A DNA stretch of 64,000 nucleotides from an uncultured Rhodoluna sp. (GCA_964394575.1 CAYMYB010000005.1:11141-75140); one strand, 5' to 3'; positions 29,323-38,196 are shown, numbered from the stretch's first letter. Made by a program: numbers and translations. The notes: generated by a model not told the origin, from the letters alone.

Positions 29323-29789
29323 TGGCTAAACCCAAGCGCGCACCTAAATTTGTGAAGTTGCTCAAGCCGAGCAAAACGGTCAAGGCTAAATTCGATGTTA
29401 AGGCTTTTGCCGAGGTAGCTGCGAAAAGCGCCGCTGGCCGGGAGCTCGGAGCTTTCGTTGAATCAGTCACCGAGGATGCTGTCACTACTTTTATTTGGGA
29501 GGCGAATCTCAAAGGCTATAAAGGTTGGCGCTGGAATGTCCTGGTGCATCAGATAGATCCGGCAACTGAACCAACTCTTTCTGAGGTTGTCTTGCTACCT
29601 GGTCCAGAGGCCATCCTGGCACCGGACTGGGTGCCTTGGGCCGATCGGCTGGCTGACTACCAAGCGCTTCAAGCAGAACTTGAAAAGCAGGGTCAATTGG
29701 AGCATCAGGAAATCTCCCACGAAATTCAGGAAGAGTTAGCGGTCCTTGACTTTGAAGAAAGCGAAAACGCCAAGGACGATAGCAACTAA
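29322..29789 (+). CDS. conserved hypothetical protein with acidic C-terminus, translationally coupled to the CSD gene
   Basis: TGATG overlap with the upstream gene. 155 aa. Possibly DUF3027-like, but I cannot verify that. Confidence 0.5.
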   Translation: MAKPKRAPKFVKLLKPSKTVKAKFDVKAFAEVAAKSAAGRELGAFVESVTEDAVTTFIWEANLKGYKGWRWNVLVHQIDPATEPTLSEVVLLPGPEAILAPDWVPWADRLADYQALQAELEKQGQLEHQEISHEIQEELAVLDFEESENAKDDSN

Positions 29790-29963
29790 ACAGGTGTAGG
29801 GATACCAAATCTTATTCGGGCTAGTGATTTGCTCGTAGAAAACTACCACCAATACAAAGGCTATGGCGAAGCCAATGATTCCAATGATTACAGCCTTCTT
29901 AGCCGTACCACTTATTGGCTCAGGATCTGGTTTTCGGTCAGAATCCTTAACTATCCAGCGCAC
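29736..29963 (-). CDS. small 2-TM membrane protein downstream of serC
   Basis: 75 aa with two hydrophobic helices. Its start overlaps the serC stop. Its 3' end overlaps the convergent gene by 54 nt. Confidence 0.4.
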   Translation of the reverse strand: MRWIVKDSDRKPDPEPISGTAKKAVIIGIIGFAIAFVLVVVFYEQITSPNKIWYPYTCLVAIVLGVFAFFKVKDR

Positions 29964-31075
29964 TACAACCGCTCCACAACATACTCGATTGCTGAGGTTA
30001 GCTTCTCCAGATCTGAGACATCGCTATTCACAAAAGTGGCAATACGCAGCTGGTTGCGTCCAAGTTTTCGGTAGGGGTCGGTATCCACGATGCCATTTTG
30101 GCGAAGCACCTTTGCCAGCTCGGCCGCATCTATTTCGGCAGCAAAATCCATGGTCAGCACAACCTGCGAGCGGTGGCTTTCGTCTTTGACGAAAAAATCA
30201 ACGTAATCGGTTTTAGAAACCCAGTCGCAAAGCACAGCCGAAGCTTTTTTGGTTTGCTGATCAGCCCACCTTAGCCCACCGGATTCGTTTAGGTATTTAA
30301 CCTGTTCATTGAGTAGAAACAACGTGGCCAATGCCGGGGTGTTTAGCGTCTGATTCAAACGAGAGTTTTCCAGCGCTATTTTTAGCGAGAGAAATTCTGG
30401 GATGTAGCGATCAGTTGCGGCTATTTTTTCTACTCGTTCAACGGCCTGCGGGGAGAGCAGGGCCAACCAGAGCCCACCATCGCTGGCAAAATTTTTCTGT
30501 GGAGCAAAGTAGTAGACATCCGTCTCCAGAGCATCAAAATATATTCCTCCGGCTGCGCTGGTGGCATCGGTTAAAAATATGGCATCCGAATCGGCGGTAA
30601 CTCGTTTTACCGGAGCGATGACTCCAGTTGAGGTCTCATTCTGCGGATAGACGTAGGTTTTTATCCCTGGCTTACCCACCAATTCTTTTCTGGAGCCGGC
30701 TTCAGCTTGGATTAGTTCAGGTTTTTCCAAAAAAGGAGCAGCCAGAGCAGAGGCGAACTTCGCACCAAACTCACCGTGCACCAGTGCTTGGCTTGGCCCC
30801 ATCGCCAAACTGTATGCCGCAACATCCCAGAAGGCGGTTGAGCCACCGTTACCAAGTGCTATCTCGTAGCCGTTCGGGTTACCAAAAAGCTCGGTCAAGC
30901 CAGTTTGGATTTCAGCCACCATGTTTTTGATTGGTGCTTGGCGGTGCGATGTGCCCATCAGCTTTGCGCCAGATTTAGCAAAGGCTTCCAATTGCTCCGG
31001 ACGCATCCTTGACGGACCACAGCCGAAGCGCCCGTCCTGGGGAATCAGTTCTTCGGGGATTCTAATTTCTGGCAT
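29963..31075 (-). CDS. serC: phosphoserine aminotransferase (actinobacterial type)
   Basis: N-terminal DGRFGCGPSRMRPEQL, typical of the Rv0884c-type SerC. 370 aa; the PLP-lysine region is FAPQKNFASDGG. Confidence 0.9.
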   Translation of the reverse strand: MPEIRIPEELIPQDGRFGCGPSRMRPEQLEAFAKSGAKLMGTSHRQAPIKNMVAEIQTGLTELFGNPNGYEIALGNGGSTAFWDVAAYSLAMGPSQALVHGEFGAKFASALAAPFLEKPELIQAEAGSRKELVGKPGIKTYVYPQNETSTGVIAPVKRVTADSDAIFLTDATSAAGGIYFDALETDVYYFAPQKNFASDGGLWLALLSPQAVERVEKIAATDRYIPEFLSLKIALENSRLNQTLNTPALATLFLLNEQVKYLNESGGLRWADQQTKKASAVLCDWVSKTDYVDFFVKDESHRSQVVLTMDFAAEIDAAELAKVLRQNGIVDTDPYRKLGRNQLRIATFVNSDVSDLEKLTSAIEYVVERL

Positions 31076-31128
31076 TGTTAGAAAAGTTTAGTCCAAGGCA
31101 GATGTCGAGAAAGATTAGGCTTGTAATA

Positions 31129-31809
31129 ATGAGTGATTTAATCGACACCACCGAAATGTATCTTCGGACCATCCTGGAGCTCGAAGAAGAGGGTCATGTT
31201 CCGATGCGGGCCAGAATTTCGGAACGGCTGGATCAATCTGGACCGACCGTCTCTGAGACCGTGGCCCGGATGGAGAAAAACGGTCTGGTTATAGTAAGTA
31301 ATGATCGGCACTTGGAATTGACCGCAGCCGGGCGAAAGCTAGCCATTGAGGTAATGCGCAAGCACCGCCTAGCTGAGCTACTACTGGCGCGAGTGATCGG
31401 CCTAGAGTGGCATCTAGTCCACGAGGAGGCCTGTCGCTGGGAGCATGTGATGAGTGAGCAGGTAGAACGTCGAATTCTGGAATTGGTGCCAGATTCAGAA
31501 ATCTCGCCATTTGGTAATCCGGTGCCTGGGCTTGAAATGCTGGGTAGAGCAAAATCAGTAGCGCTTGAAGATAAGGTAGCGCCACTTATTGAATACTTGG
31601 ATCAGGAAGTGCTGATCAAGCGAATTGCTGAGCCGCTTCAGGTCTACCCCGATGCTTTAGCTCATTTGGCTGCCACGGGCATAGTCCCCGGAGCCAAGGT
31701 CACGGCAAGCCAATTAGCCTCCCGAGTTGAGGTAACCGTGTTGGAATCGGGTAAAAAGCTGGCTTTAACCGCCTTTGACGTGGCGCATATTTTCGTGTCG
31801 GTAGCCTAA
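31129..31809 (+). CDS. DtxR/IdeR-family metal-dependent transcriptional regulator
   Basis: MSDLIDTTEMYLRTILELEEEG, the HTH ISERLDQSGPTVSETVARMEKNGL and metal ligands in HEEACRWEHV, plus an SH3-like C-terminal domain. I preferred the ATG at 31129 over the track start at 31075. Confidence 0.85.
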   Translation: MSDLIDTTEMYLRTILELEEEGHVPMRARISERLDQSGPTVSETVARMEKNGLVIVSNDRHLELTAAGRKLAIEVMRKHRLAELLLARVIGLEWHLVHEEACRWEHVMSEQVERRILELVPDSEISPFGNPVPGLEMLGRAKSVALEDKVAPLIEYLDQEVLIKRIAEPLQVYPDALAHLAATGIVPGAKVTASQLASRVEVTVLESGKKLALTAFDVAHIFVSVA

Positions 31810-31829
31810 ATAAAGGGCAAAAGCCGCAA

Positions 31830-31995
31830 AGTTTCCTGTAACTGCTCTAGCTGAGTGAATCAGCAGGTCATTTCGCGGTAAAATCATAGAACCCGCAATC
31901 AGCCAACCCAGATTCGGGTGCGAACACAGCAAACTCCATAGCCTTGAGTTGTGTTATCTAAACGCTAGAGGATCGGAAGAACTTTTCCGATGATG
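31830..31995 (+). ncRNA. structured 5' leader of the NlpC/P60 gene; candidate ydaO-type (c-di-AMP) riboswitch
   Basis: A 200-nt non-coding gap in an otherwise compact region. It contains GAGUGAAUC and GAACCCGCAAUCAGCCAACCCAG, which resemble the conserved ydaO segments GGGUGAAUC and GAACCCG.CAGCUAACC. Several local stems are present: CUGCU/AGCAG, GCGG/CCGC, ACCC/GGGU and AUCGGAA/UUCCGAU, the last just before the SD. Confidence 0.35.
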
Positions 31996-32010
31996 ATTTA
32001 GGAGGACAGT

Positions 32011-32904
32011 TTGGCTAAAAAGCCTGAAGGTAGACGTCGCGCCGATGTCGAGATAAACATTCTCGAATCATTTGAATTGCGCAGTCGCCGTTCGGTACGC
32101 GAGAGCGAGCGTAAAAAGTTAACTCGTGCTGCTCGTCGTGCCGAAAAGAAGGCAGCCAAGTTGGATCGCAAATATTTTGCTGCTAACCCACCAACTAATC
32201 CAACTACTGCGGTTGGCACAATTATTTCTGCTACCCCAAAGGTGCCATTTAGAAAACGTGGCTCGGTTAAGAACACCTTGGTAATGGCCTTCAATGCCGG
32301 TGTAATTGCCACGGTAGCACTGCCAGCGTATGCTTTCTCTCCTGCGGTTACCGCTGTATCGGGTCTGACCGATGCCACCGCTGACGCCCAGACATTGAGT
32401 TTGATTAAAGAGACCGCCGTAAATTACGAGCGCGGTTCTTACAAGATGATGTCCGCTGAAGACATTCTTCGTATGACCAACCGCAACAACTACCTGAGCT
32501 ATAAGGGTCTAACCGCTATCGATTATGCCCAGTCCCCAAACTATGACAGGCTCACCCCAGAAGACATTCTTAAAGTAGCTCAAAAGTATGTTGGCGTTCC
32601 TTACGTGCTTGGCGGTGAATTACCTACTGGTTTGGACTGTTCTGGTTACACCCGCTTGGTTTTCTCGGAATTTGGTGTCTTGTTGCCACACTCGGTTATG
32701 GCCCAGTCCTATGACCCTCGGGTTAGAAGAATTCCAAGAAGCCAAGCTCGACCAGGCGATTTGGTGATTATGACCAACCTGAGCCACCAGGGCATCTATG
32801 CCGGCAACGGAATGTTCTACCACGCTCCTCAGCGCGGCGACCGAGTTAAACTGGCACCGATTTTCACCGATCGCTACTACTTCGCCAGAGTCGTTAACGA
32901 CTAA
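32011..32904 (+). CDS. secreted NlpC/P60-family peptidoglycan endopeptidase
   Basis: Catalytic-Cys motif GLDCSGYTRLVF and a downstream H (SHQGIY). The N-terminus is basic, followed by a hydrophobic segment. TTG start 4 nt after the AGGAGGA SD. Confidence 0.85.
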   Translation: MAKKPEGRRRADVEINILESFELRSRRSVRESERKKLTRAARRAEKKAAKLDRKYFAANPPTNPTTAVGTIISATPKVPFRKRGSVKNTLVMAFNAGVIATVALPAYAFSPAVTAVSGLTDATADAQTLSLIKETAVNYERGSYKMMSAEDILRMTNRNNYLSYKGLTAIDYAQSPNYDRLTPEDILKVAQKYVGVPYVLGGELPTGLDCSGYTRLVFSEFGVLLPHSVMAQSYDPRVRRIPRSQARPGDLVIMTNLSHQGIYAGNGMFYHAPQRGDRVKLAPIFTDRYYFARVVND

Positions 32905-33013
32905 ATCCTGTTCCAATCGTTAACATTTCGGTTCGGAGTGTTGGCCAAGTACTGGATTACATTTGCCTTACTCTTGAGCCAAGTTATTTATCTGCCCGAA
33001 CAGGAAGAGATCA

Positions 33014-33106
33014 ATGAAAGTTAGACATGTGCCCGCCAAGCACAAGTTCTGGCACCTTCATATAATCTGTCCCTGTGAGGCATCGGCCCCTGCGCGTCAC
33101 CACTAG
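33014..33106 (+). CDS. candidate 30-aa His/Cys-rich micro-ORF
   Basis: Hand-translated as MKVRHVPAKHKFWHLHIICPCEASAPARHH. SD GGAAGAG lies 5 nt upstream of the ATG. The TAG stop (33104..33106) sits in the loop of the terminator hairpin. Too short for the ORF track. Confidence 0.3.
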   Translation: MKVRHVPAKHKFWHLHIICPCEASAPARHH

Positions 33107-33123
33107 TTGGTGGCGCGTTTTTT
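33093..33123 (+). terminator. rho-independent terminator
   Basis: 10-bp stem CGCGTCACCA / TGGTGGCGCG (one G-U pair), 5-nt loop, followed by TTTTTT. Confidence 0.8.
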
Positions 33124-33188
33124 GTTGGTGCAGATAGCTAACTTAACGAAAACCTGCAATCCGTGCAGGTGATTTCGAAAGGAAAGTT

Positions 33189-33692
33189 ATGCGAACCTTG
33201 GTTCTAAATGCTGGTTACGAGCCGCTAGCTGTGGTCTCATTCAAGCGAGCAATTGTCTTAGTGCTGAATCAGAAAGCCACAGTGCTCGAAGGATCAGCCG
33301 ATCGAAAAGTTCATTCAGCCTCAGGTGAATACGAATTACCTTCAGTGATCCTCTTAAGCCGATATGTTCGTGTGCCCGGCTCTAGAAACATCCCACTTTC
33401 TCGCAGAGGAATCTTGCGTAGAGACGGATATCGTTGCGCTTATTGCAAACGGGCTGCTAACACCGTCGACCACGTACAACCAAAATCTCGCGGCGGCAAT
33501 GACAGTTGGGAAAACCTAGTCGCCTGCTGTTTGCGCTGTAATAACATCAAAGGCGATAAAACTCTCAATGAGCTTGGTTGGCAGATTTCATTTACCCCCA
33601 AAATGCCTACCGGTGGTGCATGGCTAATCCGTGGAGCCGATCGAGTTGAACCGGAGTGGGACGAGTACCTGCGTCTATCAAACGCTGCCTAA
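33189..33692 (+). CDS. HNH endonuclease-family protein
   Basis: CAYCKRAANTVDHVQPKSRGGNDSWENLVACCLRCNNIKGDK is a complete HNH/Zn-finger motif. SD GAAAGGAAAG. Confidence 0.85.
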   Translation: MRTLVLNAGYEPLAVVSFKRAIVLVLNQKATVLEGSADRKVHSASGEYELPSVILLSRYVRVPGSRNIPLSRRGILRRDGYRCAYCKRAANTVDHVQPKSRGGNDSWENLVACCLRCNNIKGDKTLNELGWQISFTPKMPTGGAWLIRGADRVEPEWDEYLRLSNAA

Positions 33693-33693
33693 T

Positions 33694-33768
33694 TGGTGCC
33701 CCCGAGAAGAATCGAACTTCCGCACATGGTTTAGGAAACCACTGCTCTATCCACTGAGCTACGAGGGC
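33694..33768 (-). tRNA. tRNA-Arg (anticodon CCU), CCA encoded
   Basis: The reverse complement folds as acceptor GCCCTCG/CGGGGGC, D arm GCTC-AGTGGATA-GAGC, anticodon arm GTGGT-TTCCTAA-ACCAT and T arm GGAAG-TTCGATT-CTTCT, ending ACCA. Confidence 0.9.
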
Positions 33769-33855
33769 AAAAAGCATTTGCAAAGAACAAACTTACCCGA
33801 ATCTAGGCCTAGCCTACGATGTTGATTGCTGCGGAAAAGTTAGGCTAGTTGCCTA

Positions 33856-36800
33856 ATGACTGATAAATCCAAGCAGGGCTTTGAAATTTGGCTGGAGCAG
33901 GTCCGCGCCATCGGTGGGCCCAATCCGCTGACTAATTTGGATACCGAGGTTTCCGGTCTAGTCAACTTAGAACGTGCCCATCCGGTTGGGCTATCACTTT
34001 TTACCAAGAGCCACCGCGGTTTGCTGGTAAATCTGATCCGGGACCCAATTGCCTATTCCAAAGCCCTCACCGAGGCTAGAAGAATCAAACTAAAAAGTGA
34101 GCGCCTAGCTACCAACTTTGGTATTGACAGCCTATTTTTACTAGCCGGTGCGGTTGATTTCAGCCCACTCAAACTAGATCTGAGAATGCCTATTGTGATG
34201 TGGCAGGCAGAACTAATTCGCAAAGGCGCAGATTTTGAGCTAGTACTGACTGGTTCGCCGATGATTAACCCGGAATTGATTCTCACCCTAAGGCGCGAAT
34301 TCAACATCAGCCTAGATGTGAATCGCTTGCTGAAACTTTATGTTGATTCGAGCGATCTGGCCCCGATCACTCTGCTCAGCTTTGTTGCCGAGTCGACGAA
34401 GGCTGTTCCAGAACTCGAAATCCAGCGCACCCTGGTGCTAACTAACGCAACTATTGCGCCAACCCTGATGCTCAATGAGATCAGAGCAGAAAATGAACTG
34501 GCCAAAAAGCTTTTAAATGTCAATGGGCAGATAATCAATGAGCAGAAACTAGCTCCACTGCTAGCCGGCGATGCTGATCGAGAGCAAAGCAGAATTGTTA
34601 GTCGTGCCCTAAATGGCGATAGTTTCGCGGTTGAAACCTTACCTGGTACCGGATACACCCAAACTGTTGCCAATATTCTTGGAGCGCTCAGTGCTCAGGG
34701 CAAAAGAGCTTTGGTCTTGGCACCTAGACGCCAGACCCTGAATGAATTAGCTGATCGGCTCTCTCAGTTTGGTCTAAACGGTTTACTGGTTAGAGCACAC
34801 TCCTGCTGGCTTGATCTAGTTTCTGCTATTTCAAGATTCGAAAAATCAGAACCAGCGGATCTAGCTGGAGCCAGAGCGCTGCGCGATCGGGCAGTAGCTG
34901 AGTTAGAAAAGTATTACGAAAGCCTGCACCTAGAACATCCGGTGCTGGGTATTAGTATCAGCCAGGCACTTGAAAAACTTGCGGTGCTGAGCGCTTTGCC
35001 AAAACCCCCGAAGACAACCGCTCGCATTATCGGGCCGGCCCTATTTGAGACCAGAAACCGAAGTCAGGCTATAGCACTTTTACAAGAGGCAGTGGAGTTG
35101 GGTGAGTTTGAAGAGCAGAACAAACTTAGCCCTTGGTTTAACGCCAAATTTGATGATCCAAACGAAGCACCGCGGGCAGTCGCTTTGGCTGAGCGTCTAG
35201 CCGAAGACGTGCTGCCTAATTTTGGTTCGCGGCTGGATGAGATTTCTGATCAGGTTTATTTTCCGAAAGCACACAACGTGGCCCAGTGGGGCGAGTATCT
35301 GAGATTACTTATCAATATCCGGAATACTTTAGACCGTTTCAAGCCCGAAATATTTGACCGTCCACTTACCGACTTGATTCAAGCAACCAGTCCACGAAAA
35401 GAGAAAAGCTCGATGTCTGGGAAGACCAGAAGAGCACTCAGCAAGCACGCCAAAGAGTATGTGCGGGCGGGGGTTAGCGTTCCGGATCTTCACAGCTCAC
35501 TGATTCAGATCGAAGAGCAGGCTGAGAAGTGGCGCTCACTTTGTACTGAGCCGATTAGACCCACCGTGCCGATGGGGATTGATGATGCTCAGGTGATTTA
35601 CCAGTCGCTGGTAGCTGATCTGATTAAGCTAGATTCTCACCTTGACCCGGACCAAGATAGAGCGAACCTGATTGAGTTGGAAGTGGCCCTACTCAGCCAG
35701 ACCCTCAAAAAGCTTGCGACAGAAACTAAGCCGCTAGATAACCTGTTGGCTAAGAATAATTTACGAGCCAGAATTTCAGAAGCTGGGCTGGATAGCCTGC
35801 TGCGTTCCCTGGCGGCCAACGGCGTTAGAAACGAGGATCTCGTTGCTGAATTTGACCAATGCTGGTGGCTTTCTGCCCTTGAGTACTTGCTCAGTGGCGA
35901 TAACTCCTTTGCCAACTATTCCCCAGAAGCGCTTGCTGAACTGGAGTCCAGTTTTGTGAAGGCAGACCAGCGTGTTCAGCTTGAAGCTCGTAAAGAGATT
36001 TCCTATCGAAACAAAATGGCATTTATAGATGCCACCGAGGCGAACCAGAAGCAGACCGATACGCTCAAGCTGCTCTTGCGCCAACGAGTGGATTCACTAC
36101 CGGTGCTTTCTGGTGCGACCAAGGATATCTGGCCTAGCTTGGCAAATCACATTGCCGCCTCACCCTATGAGGTATCAGAGGAGCTAACCGCCGAGCTGGA
36201 GTTCGATCTAGTTCTGGTTATGGATGCCGCGGGGACTACCGTCAGCGATAACTTGGCGGGAATCATCAGGGCCAAGCAGATTATCGCCTTCGGCGACCCA
36301 ATGATTGCAGAACCCGATGGTTTTACCGTGGAGTGGGTAGACCAGCTTGATTATGGAAACAGCGAGTTGGAGAGCTGCTTCGAGACTGTTGCTAAGAGTT
36401 TCGATAAGGAAGTCCTAAAGGTCTCCTATCGACTAAAAGGACAGCTTTTCGGGCAACTACTCAACCGCGAGTTTTATCAGGGGCGTTTAGAGATTGAACC
36501 AACCGCCAATGAGTTTGACGGCAAGTCTGCCCTGGAACTTGTCATTGTCGATGGGGATACTCGATCAAACACGAACCGTTCGGCGAGCACAGAATCTCCC
36601 GATGCTGAGGTGCAGAAGGTGGTTGAGCTAATAACCGAGCACGTTTTGAATCATCCAGACCAGTCGCTACTTGTGGTCAGCGCCAGCAAAGTCCATGTTG
36701 AGAATTTGCACCAGCGCTTACAACTAGCCTTGGAGTCCAAACCAGAGTTGATGGAGTTTTTCCAAAAGCATGGTCGAGAGAAATTTGAAATTGCTAGCCT

Positions 36801-37494
36801 TTCCGATCTAAATCACCGCCTAGCCGATCGCATCATCTTTACTATTGGCTTTGGTAGAACCAGCCACGGTAAGGTCCTGCCACATTTTGGCTTGCTCAAC
36901 GAAGCTGATGCAAAACGCTGGTTGGCGAACATGCTGGTCAGTGCTCGCTACCGAATGACCATAGTGAGCTGCTTCAGCGCTTACGATTTGCCTGAGCTGG
37001 TTGAGGGGACAGCTAGCAAATATTTAGAGGTGCTACTTAGACCTATCTATAACGATGCTGAGGAGACCGACACCTTTGACTCGGATCCGATGCTGGCTGA
37101 TTTGTCCAGAAGGCTAAAGCGTTTCGGGATTCGCGTGGTTGAAGGTTTCGGTAGGAGATTACCGTTAGTGGCCTCTTACGGTAATCAGGCGCTGGTCGTT
37201 GAACCAGATTGGTCGAATACTGATTTGGCTTTGACCGAGAGAATTAGGCTACGACCTGCGTTGCTTCGCAATTTAGGCTGGAGCTACCAGCGGGTCTACT
37301 CCTTCGAGGTTTTTAGCGACCCGCAGTCGGTTGCCGAGCGAATCGGTATTCGTCTTGGTGTGGAGATTACCCCGACCATGCTCAACACCCAACCGGTGCA
37401 GCGGGTTTTTGAAGATACTGAGCAAGCCTGGGGGGATACCCCAGCTAGTAACGATCAGCGGTTACGCGAAGACAAGCCACCGCACTGGGGCTAA
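33856..37494 (+). CDS. large DUF4011 / Upf1-like SF1 helicase-like protein with degenerate catalytic motifs and a C-terminal restriction-endonuclease-like domain
   Basis: 1212 aa with helicase-like architecture and motif spacing. Walker A reads LPGTGYTQT, with Tyr at 34654..34656 where Lys is expected. Motif II reads VMDAAG, with Ala at 36226..36228 where Glu is expected. The later motifs are also divergent: SLSDLNHRLADRIIF and LVSARYRMTIVS. Confidence 0.7.
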   Translation: MTDKSKQGFEIWLEQVRAIGGPNPLTNLDTEVSGLVNLERAHPVGLSLFTKSHRGLLVNLIRDPIAYSKALTEARRIKLKSERLATNFGIDSLFLLAGAVDFSPLKLDLRMPIVMWQAELIRKGADFELVLTGSPMINPELILTLRREFNISLDVNRLLKLYVDSSDLAPITLLSFVAESTKAVPELEIQRTLVLTNATIAPTLMLNEIRAENELAKKLLNVNGQIINEQKLAPLLAGDADREQSRIVSRALNGDSFAVETLPGTGYTQTVANILGALSAQGKRALVLAPRRQTLNELADRLSQFGLNGLLVRAHSCWLDLVSAISRFEKSEPADLAGARALRDRAVAELEKYYESLHLEHPVLGISISQALEKLAVLSALPKPPKTTARIIGPALFETRNRSQAIALLQEAVELGEFEEQNKLSPWFNAKFDDPNEAPRAVALAERLAEDVLPNFGSRLDEISDQVYFPKAHNVAQWGEYLRLLINIRNTLDRFKPEIFDRPLTDLIQATSPRKEKSSMSGKTRRALSKHAKEYVRAGVSVPDLHSSLIQIEEQAEKWRSLCTEPIRPTVPMGIDDAQVIYQSLVADLIKLDSHLDPDQDRANLIELEVALLSQTLKKLATETKPLDNLLAKNNLRARISEAGLDSLLRSLAANGVRNEDLVAEFDQCWWLSALEYLLSGDNSFANYSPEALAELESSFVKADQRVQLEARKEISYRNKMAFIDATEANQKQTDTLKLLLRQRVDSLPVLSGATKDIWPSLANHIAASPYEVSEELTAELEFDLVLVMDAAGTTVSDNLAGIIRAKQIIAFGDPMIAEPDGFTVEWVDQLDYGNSELESCFETVAKSFDKEVLKVSYRLKGQLFGQLLNREFYQGRLEIEPTANEFDGKSALELVIVDGDTRSNTNRSASTESPDAEVQKVVELITEHVLNHPDQSLLVVSASKVHVENLHQRLQLALESKPELMEFFQKHGREKFEIASLSDLNHRLADRIIFTIGFGRTSHGKVLPHFGLLNEADAKRWLANMLVSARYRMTIVSCFSAYDLPELVEGTASKYLEVLLRPIYNDAEETDTFDSDPMLADLSRRLKRFGIRVVEGFGRRLPLVASYGNQALVVEPDWSNTDLALTERIRLRPALLRNLGWSYQRVYSFEVFSDPQSVAERIGIRLGVEITPTMLNTQPVQRVFEDTEQAWGDTPASNDQRLREDKPPHWG

Positions 37495-37685
37495 TCGGTC
37501 TTCGGTGGCGCAGCGCTATCGGTGCGATAAAAGCCGGTTCCCTTAAAGCTGACACCGACCTTGCCAAAAATCTTGACCACCTTGCTTTGGCATTTTGGGC
37601 ATTTCTCAAGCGCTTTGTCACTGATGGCTTGAGTAACCTCAAACTCCTCGACGCAACTCTCGCAGCGGTAACTGTAGGTGGGCAT
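37491..37685 (-). CDS. FmdB-family zinc-ribbon protein
   Basis: MPTYSYRCESC...CPKCQS (the CxxC...CxxC zinc-ribbon pattern). 64 aa. Confidence 0.8.
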   Translation of the reverse strand: MPTYSYRCESCVEEFEVTQAISDKALEKCPKCQSKVVKIFGKVGVSFKGTGFYRTDSAAPPKTD

Positions 37686-37689
37686 CTAA

Positions 37690-38196
37690 CTAGTTTATTT
37701 TGTAACTGGAGCGTTCGCTAACCAGACCGTTTACCTTGCGATCGTGCGCTTCAGTAGGAATCTCTTGAAAGATTTCTCGGTCAAAAACAACCGCATAAAC
37801 CAGTACCCCGTCAGGGAGTTTTTCCAGAACTCGATCAAAATATGCTTTCCCCCGCCCTAGCCGATTGCCCGAACGATCTACCGCCAGAGCTGGGATGAAA
37901 ACTAGATCCCCAGCGGCCAATTCGCTTGGCTGCCCACTTCGAATATCCTGCCAAATCAGGTTTTCCTCATCGATGGTAATTGGAACCAGAACAGTCAAAT
38001 CTAGAGCCTCGATGAAATCTGCTGTTTGCGGTTCGGATTTATAAGCCTGATAAATCGCTACTCTCTTGGGACTTAGCTCCGAAACAACACTGAGTAGGTT
38101 GTTGGTGAATAAATCAGCACTGTTCTCAAGTTGTGTTTTTCTAGCATTGAGAATTTGCTCTCGCAACTGCGCTTTTAGCTCTGCGATTTCACTCAT
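37690..38196 (-). CDS. 5-formyltetrahydrofolate cyclo-ligase
   Basis: IPALAVDRSGNRLGRGKAYFDR matches the G.G.GYYDR family motif. Confidence 0.8.
   Translation of the reverse strand: MSEIAELKAQLREQILNARKTQLENSADLFTNNLLSVVSELSPKRVAIYQAYKSEPQTADFIEALDLTVLVPITIDEENLIWQDIRSGQPSELAAGDLVFIPALAVDRSGNRLGRGKAYFDRVLEKLPDGVLVYAVVFDREIFQEIPTEAHDRKVNGLVSERSSYKIN

Noticed and set aside
31075-31128. Upstream extension of the DtxR-family ORF (track start 31075), and a possible iron box in AAGATTAGGCTTGTAATAA
   Set aside because: The extension shares its start nucleotide with the divergent serC start and adds a non-homologous N-terminus. MSDLIDTTEMYLR is the canonical family N-terminus. The putative operator matches the IdeR box consensus (TTAGGTTAGGCTAACCTAA) too poorly to claim.
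32905-33013. Possible promoter or sRNA 5' part downstream of the NlpC/P60 gene (TTGCCT...ATTTAT; TATAAT at 33061)
   Set aside because: The spacing and -35 matches are poor, and the TATAAT lies inside the micro-ORF. I could not support a promoter call by eye, so only the ORF and terminator are reported.
33189-37494. HNH endonuclease plus large helicase-like gene flanking a tRNA: a possible phage-defence island or integrated element
   Set aside because: No integrase, recombinase, direct repeat of the tRNA 3' end or toxin/abortive-infection partner is visible. The small HNH protein type is, from memory, broadly conserved in actinobacterial cores. The helicase-like protein appears catalytically dead. 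I kept the latter as a finding but not as a defence-system claim.
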